This document shows, in pieces, positions 16,325 to 36,969 of a stretch of DNA of 64,000 nucleotides (positions within the stretch are counted from its first letter, which is position 1; each line of letters opens with the position of its first letter). The notes under the pieces are model-generated. The model worked only from the letters and a program-made list of their open reading frames with translations, ran no database searches and was not told where the DNA came from. Position numbers and translations under genes: made by a program. Source of the stretch: Bugula neritina (lineage: Eukaryota > Animalia > Bryozoa); assembly GCA_964035545.1 (NCBI GenBank), contig OZ037768.1:19265700-19329699 (forward strand), read 5' to 3'.

Positions 16325-19300
16325 ATGCATTTTTTTTCAATACTAGCAGTTTCGTTTGTAATAAATCTCTTGGCATGCATAACCCTACAAAACTCTGCCA
16401 ACTATCACTTCACCTATATAATGAAAATCAGAGATGAATCTATGTGGACACCATATAGACTAGTAGAAGGTAATGTGTATAAAATATTATATAGCCGTGA
16501 CTATTATACATACAGTACTTTATATATACAATATACAGCTATAATATAGTGTATTACAGTTATATGTAGTTATCTATATTATGCTACCATATAGAGTAAA
16601 TACTTATAAAAATATGTTAGGCATTCTATCATATTACCTGTTGCTGGCTAGATATAATACATATAATATACAACAGATCTGCAAAAACATGCTGTTTTTT
16701 CTTTACTGAGGTATATCGAAGTATCTTGAATGCGGAAACTTCTATTATAGTTCATAGCGATAATCAACTATAATATATAGCAGAGATTAGAACATAATAT
16801 GGCAAATGTTGTAAATAACTACTAGGAGTTCAATTTCAGTTACTTGCTTATATTTTTTGATATAGCTATATATTAATTTATTTGCTTTTGTGAAATGTAC
16901 TTCAGATGTTCCCTCTTTGTCTGTATGCGCACTCTCGTGTCTAGAAGATAAGGAATGTGTTGCTACTCTGTACGATGTTTCCCTAAAAGATTGTCAACTT
17001 TCCACCTGCCCTCTAGATCTGTATTTTAGTGGTAGCAGCACAAATTTGGTTTGTATGCAAATTGATAACAAGGTATCTTAATTAGGTCAATAAAAATCTA
17101 AAAGAATTTAAAGAAAAATGAATAAATATAATACTTTTTTTAGGATTCAACCGGTTACGTGCATGATATGAGAATATTTTATCTAAAGTTTTTCTACATG
17201 TAAATGCCATTGGAGCTACTGAAAATTAACAGGAAATTTTGCAAAATAATAAGCTTGATGAAATAGAAAATCTAATATATTCAAAGTAATTTATGTATCT
17301 GCGTCAATAACTGCACCATTGTCACTTACAGTTAGAGACTGCAGATAATCAAAAATTTTACCAATTATATAGACTGTCACCAAATTTAAGCTGTCACTAG
17401 CTATAAATACTTTCACCTGTTAAAAGCTGTCACTATAGCTAGATAGTGTCACATATAGACTGTCACCTGTTATAGACTGTCATTATTTATTATAAAAGCT
17501 GTCACTATAATTACATTATATATAGCTATATATAGCTTTATTAGCTTAAATAGAAAAAAAAACCGGAGGCAATTTTTCTCTAGTTATTTTCTCTCAAATT
17601 GAGAATGATATAGTGATTTTTTACTGGCTGGAAAACCCTTTGCATGTTATAAAAATTGCTTTATAAAACTAAAAGCAGCTTATCATGGCTTTCCAGATTT
17701 TAATCTAAAAATTTTTTTGAAATAAAGTTGAGGTAAAGAAATTTATTGAAAAATGAAGTCTTGCTTTTATTAAAATAAGATTTAAAATGCAATAACAGAG
17801 GCACATTGAGAGCAGGTGACAATTTGCAGTTTACATATTTAAAATCTGTTGTATATCAAAACTTTCTAAAATACCGATAAGTCTGGTGACAACAGTTTAT
17901 GTGACTCAATCACTTGATGTTAAGTGTCAAAGTGTCAATTTTTGTATGTAGCTCAGAGCTTGAGACCCATAGCTGTTTGACATCACATATCTAATATTCA
18001 GATTTCTTAGGCACTATGAGGTTTCACTTGCATTAATGTTTTTCAAAAAGCTTCAAATGCATGGCACTTATATCTTTCCTTCAGTAAGTTATAATAATTA
18101 TTTACATACAATATTTGAAGTCATTTTCACATGATGACTTAGTTAGAGCTCTTAAAATGACTTTTAATGGTAATAAAATTACAACACAAGAGTATTTCAA
18201 TTTTCAACTCAGAAAAAAAGTTTTTGCTTTGATTTGATTAACGAAAAGCTTCTTTTAATAAAAAAAAAAATTTTTGTAATTAGAGCAGCTATATAGGCTA
18301 TATGTTTTTGAAATTTGTTGTTATGGCTTCATATATCTTAATCAAGATTTTTATTTTGTTCTAAGTGATGTATTAACTTCACAATATTTTTAAAATTCAA
18401 AGTTTGTAAGAATTGATTTGTTTTGGGTTAAACTGGAGGATGTTGTATTCTTACCTTAATATGAAGATGTGGACGTGGCGGTTAATGACAAAATACGTTA
18501 ACAGTAGTAGAACAAGAATTTAAAAGTATTACTATGGCTGGCCAGCCGAAACCTAAACTCAACTTGACTAACATTCGAATTTCCAGGTTCTGCCCCGCTG
18601 GGGGTCATATCCGCTTAGCCGCGGTCCTCTTTTTCCGACCTCCGGTGTGGCATTGTAACACTAAACACAGCAGAGGATGAATAAAAGTATATCCAATTAT
18701 GTGCTGATTTAAATCAGCATGCAGATGGTTTTCTAAGCATTGCTAACTTTTTGAGCTTGTCTCCTAAACAATAGTGCAGATGTTTTTGATTCAATGATAA
18801 AACTCATATAATAAATTCTTTTTAGATATATCTTGAAAACATTCAGAGAGGATTTGGAAATCAAAGTTCATATATAGGTAAGGAATGCTACCACTGCAAC
18901 AGAATAGCTATTATACTTAATATTTAAATGGTCAAGAAACCAAGGAAATTTAGGCTTGTTTTAATTATATTATTAGTTTTTTGTAGTCAATTTTAGAGTT
19001 GAAATTTTTAATTTTATTTGCCTGTGGCATAAAGGAGTATAATTTATGCTTCCAAGTTACTGCATGGCATGGCATAGTAGTTTTTAGCAATTTTATTTTA
19101 TAACTGAAAACTGGTTTATGCACTGATATTGTCATGCAAATAAAACTTTAATGAGTAAATAAATCACTATGCTTCATTTAAAATACTATATACATACTAA
19201 GTTCTGATGTCGAGCACACATTGAATTAGTAATGCCCACAGTATAATCAACTATACTCGTAGCTGGCAAGCACTGTCTTTTTCTTCCACTTAACTTTTCC

Positions 19301-21973
19301 TATAGTTCAACAGCGTTCAACAGCAAGTAAAGGATAATGTAATTTTAGAAATAGTATATCATCACTTTAAAATGCTTTTACTAACGACATACTAAATTCT
19401 CTACAAATCTACCCATGAATGTATAAGCTTCTGTTTGTCTATTTAAACCTGAAAGAGAAATGTTTATGGTTTAGAATTTCATATGTAGATTGTCAAGAAG
19501 CATTTGAGTCTGGAGAGAGATGTCCAGGTGTCTATACACTGAGAGATCCAGATACCTCTATGGAGTTTGATGTATACTGTGAGTTTGACAGAGAACATGG
19601 CTGGACTGTAATACAGAGAAGACTGGATGGTTCTGTTGACTTCTACAGAGGTTGGGATGATTATGTGGCTGGATTTGGTAACCTGTCACGAGAATACTGG
19701 CTAGGTTAGTTTTAATAAGAATGTATTTAAATTTTGGTGAATTCCATATTGTATTGTGAGTCAATATTCTGCAGTTTTATATCTAGCAAAATTTGATACG
19801 AATTATTATTTGTGTAAATCCAAAGATCCTGGTTTTGTGTGTGCATTTCAAAAGAAATTATGATTTAATTATCTATAACATGCAAATATTTAAAAAATCA
19901 GGCTGTAATAAAAAATTATGTTTTCATGTTGAGAGCGCTATTCACTATTGCATGGGGGATTATAATTAATACGATTGATTTAATGAAAATACTAATACAT
20001 TACTATATATAATATTTTTACTAATACTATTCATTGCTTTGCTACTGAATGGTTAAATTACTATATATATAATACTATAAAACTAGCAATATTATGTCGA
20101 CTGCTGCTGGTCTATATACAGCATGTAAACAACTATATGATTGGATAACTAAGAGCTGAGCTATTTTTCTTTGCTTTATATAGTAATTATGTTCATCTAC
20201 ACTTTGAATTCTAATTTGTATACAGTAGAATTATTTCAAAACATAAAATATATAAGTGATGCTGCATTATATTCAATAAGGTTTGAATAACATTCACTAT
20301 CTGAGCAAAACCAACAGACAGTTGAGTGTCTATCTTAAAACGCATGAGGGAGAAGTAGGTTATGCCAACTATTCCACTTTCTACATTAGTGACAGCTCTA
20401 CCAACTACATATTGACAGTGAGTGCAATTATTGTTGATTTATGTAATTTAACGTATGTAGAGTCATGTGGTATCTCAGTCTCGTCTGTTAAATACGTACT
20501 GTATATAATCTGCATGTATACATGTCTATATATAATATCAATATACTTGTGATCTGCACTATACATGAATATTTTCTCAAAGTTTATACAAAATATAAAC
20601 ATGTGTAGTATATAGGCTATTATAAAGTAGCTTTGTTAACCTGGAAAACAAAACTATACATTAATTACAGCCAGAAAATTAAAATATAAACGTGTGATAA
20701 TTAAGTGTTTGTTTACAATTAGGGAGCAGCTGGGTTAAGGGTTAGACCGGTTGTCTAGTGAACACAAAGTTACGAGTTTGAGTCCCGAAAAGGGTCATTT
20801 TAACACACGCCTCAAACAGAAATCTATAAATATTAAAGAAATTAGGTTATGTCAAATTCTTTACTATTGCATCTAAACTCAAATACTATACAGGTTTTTC
20901 AATTAAAAGCATTAAACAAAATAACTAAGATATAAGATATTCATTACCATGCAGATTCTGGAATAATAAAAATTTAGAGCAAATATATGGATATATAATA
21001 TTTAGCTTTAGGGGTGGTTAAATGTCTCAATACTGGTGAAATATACATTTAACTATATAAAAATGAATTAATACATATTTTTTCAGTTTTGTTTCAATTT
21101 ACAACTATAATGATTTATAGATTTGTAAAGTCTCATTGCAAAGCTGCGGGATAAAAAATTTACAATTTCTTACTGCTTTAAGTTTGCTAAAAGCATTTGC
21201 CGCAGCTATATAACTGCGAATTTGGGTTTCAGCAATTTTCACTTGAAATTCAAGCATTAAAAAGTAATGTTTGCCCTTTTAGTTTAGTGGGTATAGTGGC
21301 AACACCTCAAACTCTCTGTCTCAAAATGGATCAGCATTTACTACAAAAGACAAAGATTATGATGATCGTAGTGATAACTGTGCTGTGACCTTCACAGGTA
21401 AGGTCACCAGACTAAACGCCACAAAATCTGATATGCAGCATGTAGGACCTAGAAGGCTAAAAGTAACCATGCTTAATGCCTTACAGAAAAATTAAAGCAA
21501 GCCAAGCAAAAACTCTCAGTTTTCACGCATGCATATGCAATTGTCTTCATTTTACTACGTAAAAGTGAGACTTGAAAACACACATGAGAATCTAAATAAT
21601 AATAAACATTGCTCTTAGGTGTCATGGTATTCTGGTACATCTGTATTATGAAGTGGAATAATGTTCAGTATGTGTTGCGCCAGTAATATATTACATTTGC
21701 ATGAAAACTAAACTTTAAACTCAAGTACTCAATTTTGGTTCTATATAATAAAATGTTTAAAGTATAAACTAATTTCACACTTGACTAAAATATACGGTGT
21801 TTTTAGGAGCTTGGTGGTACCAGGCATGTCATTCTAGTAACTTGAATGGTGTTTGGTATCCTGCCAACTCATCAGGTGGGGACAATGCGCCATTTGGTAC
21901 GGGCATCACGTGGAATCATTGGAAAGGAATACGCTACTCACTCAAAGCTACAACTATGAAAGTCACAAGGTAA
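16325..21973 (+). CDS. PAN-FReD gene 3, intact, 7 exons, 332 aa, secreted
   Basis: Exons 16325-16469 (signal), 16906-17072 (PAN), 18826-18877 (52-nt linker IYLENIQRGFGNQSSYI), 19489-19704, 20281-20417, 21283-21397, 21807-21973. They sum to 999 nt, are phase-compatible and end KVTR*. Confidence 0.92.
18441..18672. mobile_element. Solo LTR-like insertion in gene 3 intron 2
   Basis: TGTTGT...ACAGCA termini, 5-bp GAGGA duplication (18436-18440 / 18673-18677); empty site in the paralog at ~40205-40216. Confidence 0.75.
20721..20810 (+). mobile_element. tRNA-derived SINE head (tRNA-Thr(AGT)-like)
   Basis: GGGAGCAGCTGGGTTAAGGG...TGTCTAGTGAACA...GAGTTTGAGTCCC; decayed A and B boxes. Confidence 0.65.
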
Positions 21974-23011
21974 CAATCCTATAAACTGCTTCTCACAAAA
22001 AGAGGTTTTAATAAAAAACAGATGATTGTAAAATATTTTTTACTTTTCAAAAATGGCTGAAAACGATGCAGGATTATACTACATGCATTACCTCCAGAGT
22101 CAAACTAGTATTGAATACAGTCAACAGATTTTATCAACAAACCTATGCATCTGCATGTTCATACAAATGTATCAAAGTTATGCTAAGTTACACTTAGATT
22201 GTAGAGCTATAAGTCAGTTGGTTTGTGCAGTATGCTTGCCTTACTATGTAATGCTAATTGTCAATGCAATGTTTTAGAGTATAGAAAGAGAATCAGCAAA
22301 AACAGTTATTCTCAGCACCTACAACTGAAAACACCAGAACTGGCTATAGATTCCTTATATTCAACTAGATCACTAAAACAATGAACTATAGTTTACCATA
22401 AATATAATCATTATATTAAGTGACATTAAGTGCCATGTTAAGATAACTTATTATCTAAGCTAATATTATTGTGTTTATGTTTATGTGTAATTTGTGCCAG
22501 TGACTAGTGATGTTCAATTTTTACTAAAAGCTGTTCTTTTTTTAGACATACTAATAATTGCTAGTTTTATTGCAACAAATTTGGTAACAATTTTTATTCT
22601 ATTTATTGCTAGTAAAATAATATAAATACCCTATATTTGTAGAAGTTGTAAGATTAACACCAACATTGTCACAGGAAAATTGATTGAGTGCTCTAATCAT
22701 TATATTATTTCAAATACATCTATCTATATCAAATTATTTCTATATAGTAAATAAAGTTATATATAGCATATAATCAATTGCATTATTTACTGAACAGATT
22801 TATCTAGCTAAATATTTACAACAATATAATGTACATTGATTGCTTAGCAAAACTAATGTTTATTTTGGAACTCTTCGATACAATAACAACATGAAATACA
22901 TTATAAACATTGATGCAGCAATTTCCTGCATAAGGTTGTTGAATTTGTGATTTCAAGAGTCTAAACCTGCAGACTGCGTTGTAATCTTTACTTCAACTCC
23001 ATTAGCGATAC

Positions 23012-23329
23012 TGTAGTGGTTAGCGAAGCGTACTCATCATGCACATGTAGAATAGCCAATAGTACTGAAGCACGTGATTACCCCCTGCGGAGCAGAATGC
23101 TTCCGGAGAACTGATAGAGTAGTGCGTTGATTGATGTAGTAGGTTGAAATAGACTGTAAATGTATTGTGGACACTAGATGTGTCTCTCTATCTTATTTTG
23201 TATGTATGTAATTAAATATAGTTTTTTTATCACGCTATTCTCTGAGTAATTCTTAGAACTATTAACCAAACAAGAGCATCATTTCACACACGGAATCCAC
23301 CCTAAACAATAATGGACAGAATTATTACA
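23012..23329 (+). mobile_element. Solo LTR-like element
   Basis: TGTAGT...ATTACA termini, 4-bp ATAC duplication (23008-23011 / 23330-23333), ATTAAA near 23212, locally higher GC. Confidence 0.65.
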
Positions 23330-23669
23330 ATACCGATAGCCAAGTTTGCGAGTATGGATGTAAACAACTAGAGTACTGTAAACAGTAGTATATTTTTATA
23401 TATAAAATGCAACCTATAAAAAATTAATTATCTAGCTGCACATACACCTGCTAATAACCGTTTTAGATTAAAAAAGTTCCACCACATCAAAATCAAGTTA
23501 AATATAGTTTACTATTATTCTACAAATAAGTTATATTGTCATGTGCATAATCTTTATGCAACAAAGTAAAGCTACAAGCAATACAATTAAAGCTTAGCTT
23601 ACTTCTTTTTTAGTTTCTTATATGTTGCCTCACACAGCAAATGATCGCTATAAAAAACACTTGCAAAAA

Positions 23670-23825
23670 ATATTCTGTAAAAACATGCTTATGTTTAAAA
23701 AATAAGAAGTGTGTTGAGAATACTATAAGCTGCGTGAATAATGATTCGCTAAAAGATTGTCAACTTTCTACATGCCCTCAAAATATGTATGCAATGGTTT
23801 GTATATGTAAATTGATAAAAAGTAT
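23670..23825 (+). pseudogene. Orphan decayed PAN exon (counterpart on the minus strand at ~34776-34890)
   Basis: Translates CLCLKNKKCV...DSLKDCQLSTCPQN...VCICKL, similar to the PAN exon of gene 3; no linked FReD exons of its own. Confidence 0.7.
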
Positions 23826-25171
23826 GCTTTTGTTGAGTTGAGCAAGTTAAATAAAAACTAAGGTGAAAGTTCTTATTTACTGTATCTCCTATAATATACC
23901 TATAACTGTAATTGAAGAGCTATACATGTCAAATGTTAAATGTTGACAGTCTTCAAAAATTCGTCTTCATGTGTTTTTCGATCAAGCATGCTACTTGATT
24001 TGATAAATTTTGTTGAACACTTATATGAGTCAGAGAAGCCTTTCAAAGTTGATCTGTGTTTTGGTAAATGTTGTGCTGCTTTATTGGACATGCATATATA
24101 GTCAATGAGGTGATATGATGCTAAAGTTCAAATAATTTTTTCCAATACATGGCTTTTGGTTTACATCCAGTTTTGATTCAATACCATAACTTTACGATAT
24201 TATAGGCAAATATTTGCCCATAAAAATTGTTAAAAGAACCCAGCTTGTAAGATTCAGCTTACAAGTGCCATTTATTAAAGCGATCAACCAAGCAATTCAA
24301 TAACCATGCAGGAGATCTAAAGTTATGTTAACTTACACAATGGAACTTACTACAAAAAGCTCTCAGCTATAGCAATGGGAATTTAATATTTACTCTTCAA
24401 ATTGAAAACCTATATATAGTATAAATGTTTGTGAATGCACGTATTGTTTATTTATTAGATTCTGTTTTATTTCTATTGATTTATGAACAACCTTCGCTAT
24501 TTCACTAGATAAGCTGGTGTAAAATTTACAATTTTGTTGTCTATTATTATATATGGCAGTAATCACAGCACATGCAACACACACCAACACATTGTTAAAA
24601 TGTTTATATATGGAGTTCAGGTTAAATTATATAGCCGCTATATAATATATTAGCTTTGAGCACTGAAATGGTCTATGTAGGTATATTATATGTTATTGCA
24701 GCAACATCAATAACAAACTCAATAACAAAATATATAAGTATTGAACAGAAGTAATATCTAGGTGTAGTTGTATTAATAGACAAATATTATTCACAGTGCT
24801 ATGTTTGCATTAATATCTCAAAGTTCATGTAAAATTACAAACATGTATTTTATTTCAAAAAGCATCAAAAGCTGCATAAAAATAGAAGATCAATATTTCA
24901 ATCTAAATATAGCTCCACTTCAATATTTCTGCAACTTTGTAAGTTTTGATCTGTTGTGTTGCTTAAGCAACAAGCAAAGCCTTCCAGGAAATGGAAATCT
25001 TTTACTTTCATTGATGTTCCTTTCTGCGGCAAATAACTATACTGTATAATACTAATAACAAATAGCTTGAAATCAATTATATAACTGTTTGACTGTGATA
25101 TCTGAATTCTAATAACACTCAGCAGGCACACCTAAGCGAAAACACAAGCTTTTCTCTTATTTTGAATTATA

Positions 25172-30876
<5,705 letters not shown>

Positions 30877-32363
30877 AGGTTTCCTCTAAATTTTTTAAAT
30901 ATTATGCTGTTTCTTTCGACATGACTTGTTTATTTATATGAGTCGCAATTTTATTTTGATTGTATGTATGTCTATAATATGGTGTTTCAATTAAAGTCAA
31001 AACATGTTGTAGGAAAAATTATAAAAATATAATTATTGTTTTCGAAATTTGTTAGCATGACTTTTGGTCAATTTCTGTATACAGAACACATAAAGAGTCT
31101 AGTAATAGTGTTATTAACTATGCAACATATTTTGCTGATTTAGTTGCATGAACCTTAAATTATTTCCATGTTAATATAGCAATTTAATGAGAGTGCTTAG
31201 CATAAGCTGCAACACAGTAGTTCATAAAACATACTAATTGTGCTTATATATACAGCATATACTAACTTTGATTGAATATTAACTGCAGCTAGAACATTAA
31301 ATGGAGGGCATAGACATTTGGAAATGAATAAGAAATCAATAAAGCTCATTTCACCTTTATAATAATGTTTTCAAAGTTTAAATGTTGAGTTATAGAATTT
31401 AATTAAAGGAAATAGCTTTGTATTTTGAAATTCAACTGCTCTTAAAAACATAAATAATCATCTTATATATTTAAACAGTAAAGTTTCTATAACAGCATTG
31501 TCGTAATTAAACAGCAACCATGGTTAATTAGAAAATCAACAAACTTGTAAAATCACATCTGCTCACAATCAAAGTTTGCTCAGCAATAATTTTGGGTTTA
31601 TTGAAGTGCCTAGAATGGTTGATATAAAAATGAAATCTACACAATATAGGTTCTCAGAAAACTATTTAAAATAATGGAGTCACTTAACGCTCATACTGGA
31701 ATAGATGGAATCGGATTTGGTGGTCAGTTTTGCTTATTAGCAAGTGTTGAGGTTTTATTGCAAATTTTTAAACACAATTTCTTTGCTAAAATATGTGAAT
31801 ATTTGTCTCAGGTGCTTAGTCAATATATGTGGAGTTGATGATTTAAAACTTGCCTATAGTATCAATAGATGCATTTATACCTTTATAACCACATTAATTA
31901 GCAGTGACTATTATGTACATTATGCCATAATTAACTTGCTAATATTAAATAGTGCTTTCAAGTGTAGCAGCAAAGCAAGTTTGTCATGAGTCTGTTTAAG
32001 TTTCAAACTTGACTTGTCCGTGAAAAGTCTTCTTCTAAAATCCTTGAACTCTAAAATCATTATAAGAAGAATTAGTGACCGCCTTCCACATTCATTTTGC
32101 TTGTATTTTACTTGGGCAAAGAATGATTAGAAACAACAAATGAAAATTATAAAAGTGTAGAAAGTTAACAGAAGTTTATAAACTGTGTTTAAATATCAAA
32201 AAAAATTAATTAAGTTAATATTAACATTAAGACACCTTTTCATCATACTTTTAACAAGATAATGTCAATGACTTATTACAAGGAACGCTCAGCCTATGGA
32301 AAGCTAAGTATCTCTTGTGATGCTGATTTCAAGTGAAGGTTCCATAGATCCTGCTTCACATAC

Positions 32364-32545
32364 CTGGATTTCTGGGATTGCCTAGAACTCCGGGCTTGCC
32401 TGGCTTGCCTGGCTTGCCTGGCTTGCCTGGCTTGCCTGGCTTGCCTGGCTTGCCTACATCTCCGGGTTCACCAGAATCGCCTGGTTTACCTAGAACTCCC
32501 GGTTTGCCTAGAAATCTGAGCTTGCCTGGTTTTTCGGGCTTGTGT
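32364..32545. repeat. 9-bp GC-rich tandem repeat (GGCTTGCCT)n
   Basis: About 7 perfect units at 32393-32456 plus decayed in-register units on both sides. Confidence 0.9.
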
Positions 32546-33028
32546 GGCCTGACAATGAGCCATAAATATACCCAAATATTCGATATGAACAATACTCCAA
32601 TACAAAAAATGTAAAATCCTTTTGTGGCCAAACTCCTCTGAAAACTTGGCCAAAAAATGCTTTGCTGGCTTCTAAATTTCAGATGGGAAGTTGTGTCCTC
32701 GTGTCTGCAAAAAAGCTTTAAAAGTGGTTGAATACATAAAAAAATCCTTTTAACGGGTAAAATATAAACTGTGCAGTTGTTTTCTTGACTTTTCCTACAA
32801 AAACAAGCTAATTTGCAACAAAAATTAAAAAATGGGCTATCCAGACCCGAAGTACCTACTAAAACATACATTCAGCTGCTTTTATCTATAACTAAAGATT
32901 TGTAATTAGATTGACTAATTGATCTACTGGCACATCCACATGTGCAGTACATAACATAGAAGTGTAGAGCAGACAATTATTATCAATGTAATTAAAATTG
33001 TTAAACCTCCAATTGGCTATATGTATAT

Positions 33029-33151
<123 letters not shown>

Positions 33152-33219
33152 CATATATATATATATATACGTATATACATATACATATATACATATATAT
33201 ACATATACATATATATTTA

Positions 33220-33277
<58 letters not shown>

Positions 33278-33281
<4 letters not shown>

Positions 33282-33698
33282 ACAAAATTACTCCATACCA
33301 CTAAAACTATATCAATAGCTCCACACTACTCAACTCTCGCATAGTTTCACTAATTCTTGCTATTTATACTTGGATATCTATATTTTTTTTGTCAACTCTA
33401 ATTTATTTTTATGCAAAACAATCAGTATAATTAATTTTTGACCTGCGTAATATATAAAATAAGATTATCTCCCTAAGTTTCAATAATTTACAATAACTGC
33501 CACTCTCTATTCTTTGTGTCATGCATAACGTCTAACGTAACATAATAATTTTTGAATTTCATTCATTGCTACTCTGAAGATGGGTACAGTGGTACCCGAA
33601 ATATTAGTAGAATTATTTTACCTATAATAAAGTAATAAATCAACAATGTTTCTCGTATACCTATTTATAATTAAATTGCTAGCTCGTAAAGATATATT

Positions 33699-33701
<3 letters not shown>
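33278..33701 (+). mobile_element. Penelope-like family A terminal fragment, second copy
   Basis: Near-identical to 28388-28810 and embedded in TA-rich repeat. Confidence 0.82.
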
Positions 33702-33733
<32 letters not shown>

Positions 33734-36259
33734 CTGCTTTATCATTGTTTCAAAATTGCAGGCTATAAAATTTAATATGAGCTCTATATCATATATAAGC
33801 ATTTATATGCTGTGCTGTGTGTGTTGGACGTGTTGAGATACTGTCATATAATACTAGATAACAAAATTATAACTTTCGCACAAGCTTATAAAGTGAAATA
33901 GTGACAGTTGTTTGTGAAGATTTTAATAGATGTGCGCTATGTAAATCGCTACAATTAATAAAAATAGAACGGAACCCTATAACCGCCACCCGATCAGGAA
34001 ATAGCTAAGAACGGTGAGAATAACAAAACTCGTTAAATAAATGGTACACGCACACACATTTATACTGTACAGATTTTGAAAAATTGAAGAGTAAATATTA
34101 AATTCACATTGCTATAACTAAAGGTTTCTTGGAGTAAATTTCATTGTGTAAGTTAACATAACTTTAGAGCTCCTGCATAGTTGTTGGATTGCTGTGTTTT
34201 GTTGATAACTGTAATAAATGAAATTTTTAAGCTGAATCTTACAAGCTGCGAGTCTTTGACAATCTTTATGCAATTAATATTGTAAAGCTACGATATTTAA
34301 TAGAAACAGCATCAAAAACTGATGCAAATCAAAATATTAGAAATTTTTTTTTGAACTTTGGCATCATATTGACTGTATTGACTGTATATATGTATGTCTA
34401 ATAAGACAGCATGACATTTACCCAAACAGGGTTTGGAAATTAGTCAACATTTGACACGTGACTCTTCAATTCAGTATTATAGAAGAAATACAGTAAATAG
34501 TATCACATTGTTTTTTATATAAAGTGTCCAACTAAACCTGACATGCTTCTCTATTACTTTGTATGTGGTCATTTTACTTAATTTAGTTATACACACTGGA
34601 AATCTCCAGTTGTTAGCTATTTTTTACAATTCAGCTGCTAATGAACATCGGTTTTTGCCCAAAACTAGTAAAATATAAATAAATACATCTAAATAATTAA
34701 GGCTCTTCTTAATTTTGCTTGATTTCCCATGTTTTTTCCTATTTATTTAGCTAATTTGGATTGCGACCCCTACAGTTTTTGAGGGCATATATAGAAAGTT
34801 GGATGTCTTGTAGAGAACCATCATACAGCTGGTATGTCTGCAACACATTTCTTATCCTCCAAACATTATAAGTGTGTTTTTATAAAATCTCTTTTGCAAA
34901 TGTTATTACCTATCAATGATTGTGTGAGACAACAGAGAATTAAACTAGAAGAAAAGTAAGTTAAGCTGTAATATTTGCATTACTTGTAGTTTTACTCTGC
35001 ATAAAGATTATGCATGCAGTGACTTTCAACCGTAAGGTAGTGGTAACGGTAATGTTATAAGTATTAAATTAGATTTTGTTTATATTGATGTGATGAAATT
35101 TTGTGAATAAAAACCGCCATTGGTGGGTGCAAGCTTAGCTAGATAATTTATGTTTTATAGCTTACATATTATATGTAAAAATATACCACTGTTTTAACAA
35201 TACCCTGTTCAGGGCGTTACTTGCAACACCGGTGCTAATACGTGTAAACATATTGATAAGAGAAACCTCTTGCATTACATACAGCAATGATATTCAAAGT
35301 GTTATAGAGAGCAACTAACATTGTGCTCCCATGTGAGCTTGGCTATTAGAAATTTGCCAACAGAGCTAGAGTAAATATCACAGTATCAGGCTGCCAATAC
35401 GTGATAGCTATAGACTGTTGCAGATTCAACAATCTAAAGCAGGAAATTGCCACATCAATGTTTATAATGTATTTCATGTTGTTATATAACAGACTTTAGT
35501 TTTGCTAAGCAATTAATATACATAATTTTGTAAATATTTAGCTAGATAAATCTGTTCAGTAAATAATGGAATTGATTATATGCTATATATAACTTTATTT
35601 ACTATATATAAAAGAATGTAATGTAGATAGATGTATTTATAATGATATAAAGATTAGAGCACTCAATTACTTTCCTATGACTTGGCTATAGTTTCACAAC
35701 TCTAATATATATATGGTATTTATAGAATATTTTTACTAACAAATACAACAAAGATTGTTACTAAGTTTATTGTAATAAAACTGGCAATTATTAGTATTTC
35801 TAAAAGAAAGAACAGTTTTTAGTAAAAATTGAACATCGCAAGTCACTGGTAAAAATTACACATAAACATAAGCGCAATAATATCTGCTCAAATGACAACA
35901 GTTATTTTAATATGGAACTTAATGCAATGACTATATATTTATGGTATATTATAGTTCATTGTTCTAGTGATCTATAAGTTGAACTTAAGGACTCTACAGC
36001 CAGTTCTGGTGTTTTCAGTTGTAGGTGCTGAGAATAACCGTTTTTGCTGATTCTCTTTCTATACTCTGAAACATTGCATTGACTATCAGCATTACAGTAA
36101 GGCAAGCATACTGCACAAACCAACTGACTTATAGCTCTACTATCTAAGTATAACTATATGACAGTAAAACTCTGCTAAATAGCAGCCTATGCTAACGCGT
36201 AGATGTAGCTTTGTTAATAAAATCTGTTGATTTAATGTATATAATTTGTATATACATTA

Positions 36260-36394
<135 letters not shown>

Positions 36395-36395
36395 C

Positions 36396-36436
<41 letters not shown>

Positions 36437-36495
36437 AATGAGTGTTTATAAAACGTTACTAGAGTGCTCTATAGAAATAAATCTAGAGCGTAAAC

Positions 36496-36799
<304 letters not shown>

Positions 36800-36969
36800 G
36801 TATATATATACATATATACATATAAGTATATATGTATTCAATACCAGTTTGACTCTAGAAGTAATGTAGCAATCATTGTTTTCAACCGTTTTTGAAGAGT
36901 AAAAAATATTTCACAATTATGTTGTTGGTTATTAAAACCTCTGTTTGTGAGAAACAGTTTATAGGATTG

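Larger units (their letters stand above)
14045..24710 (+). repeat. Left arm of a ~10 kb inverted segmental duplication (right arm ~33730-43865)
   Basis: Colinear reverse-complement homology through introns and intergenic DNA, e.g. 15426~43360, 16325~42466, 21973~36970, 24241~34248. Outer and inner limits are approximate. Confidence 0.85.

Noticed and set aside
16192-16437. 81-aa ORF conserved at 42354-42608
   Set aside because: Conservation is explained by the near-identical duplicated tract; it overlaps the true signal exon in another frame.
17370-17510. Short repeated TAGACTGTCAC / AAGCTGTCAC motifs (copy at ~41100-41255)
   Set aside because: Decayed intronic minisatellite shared through the duplication; no structure supporting a function.
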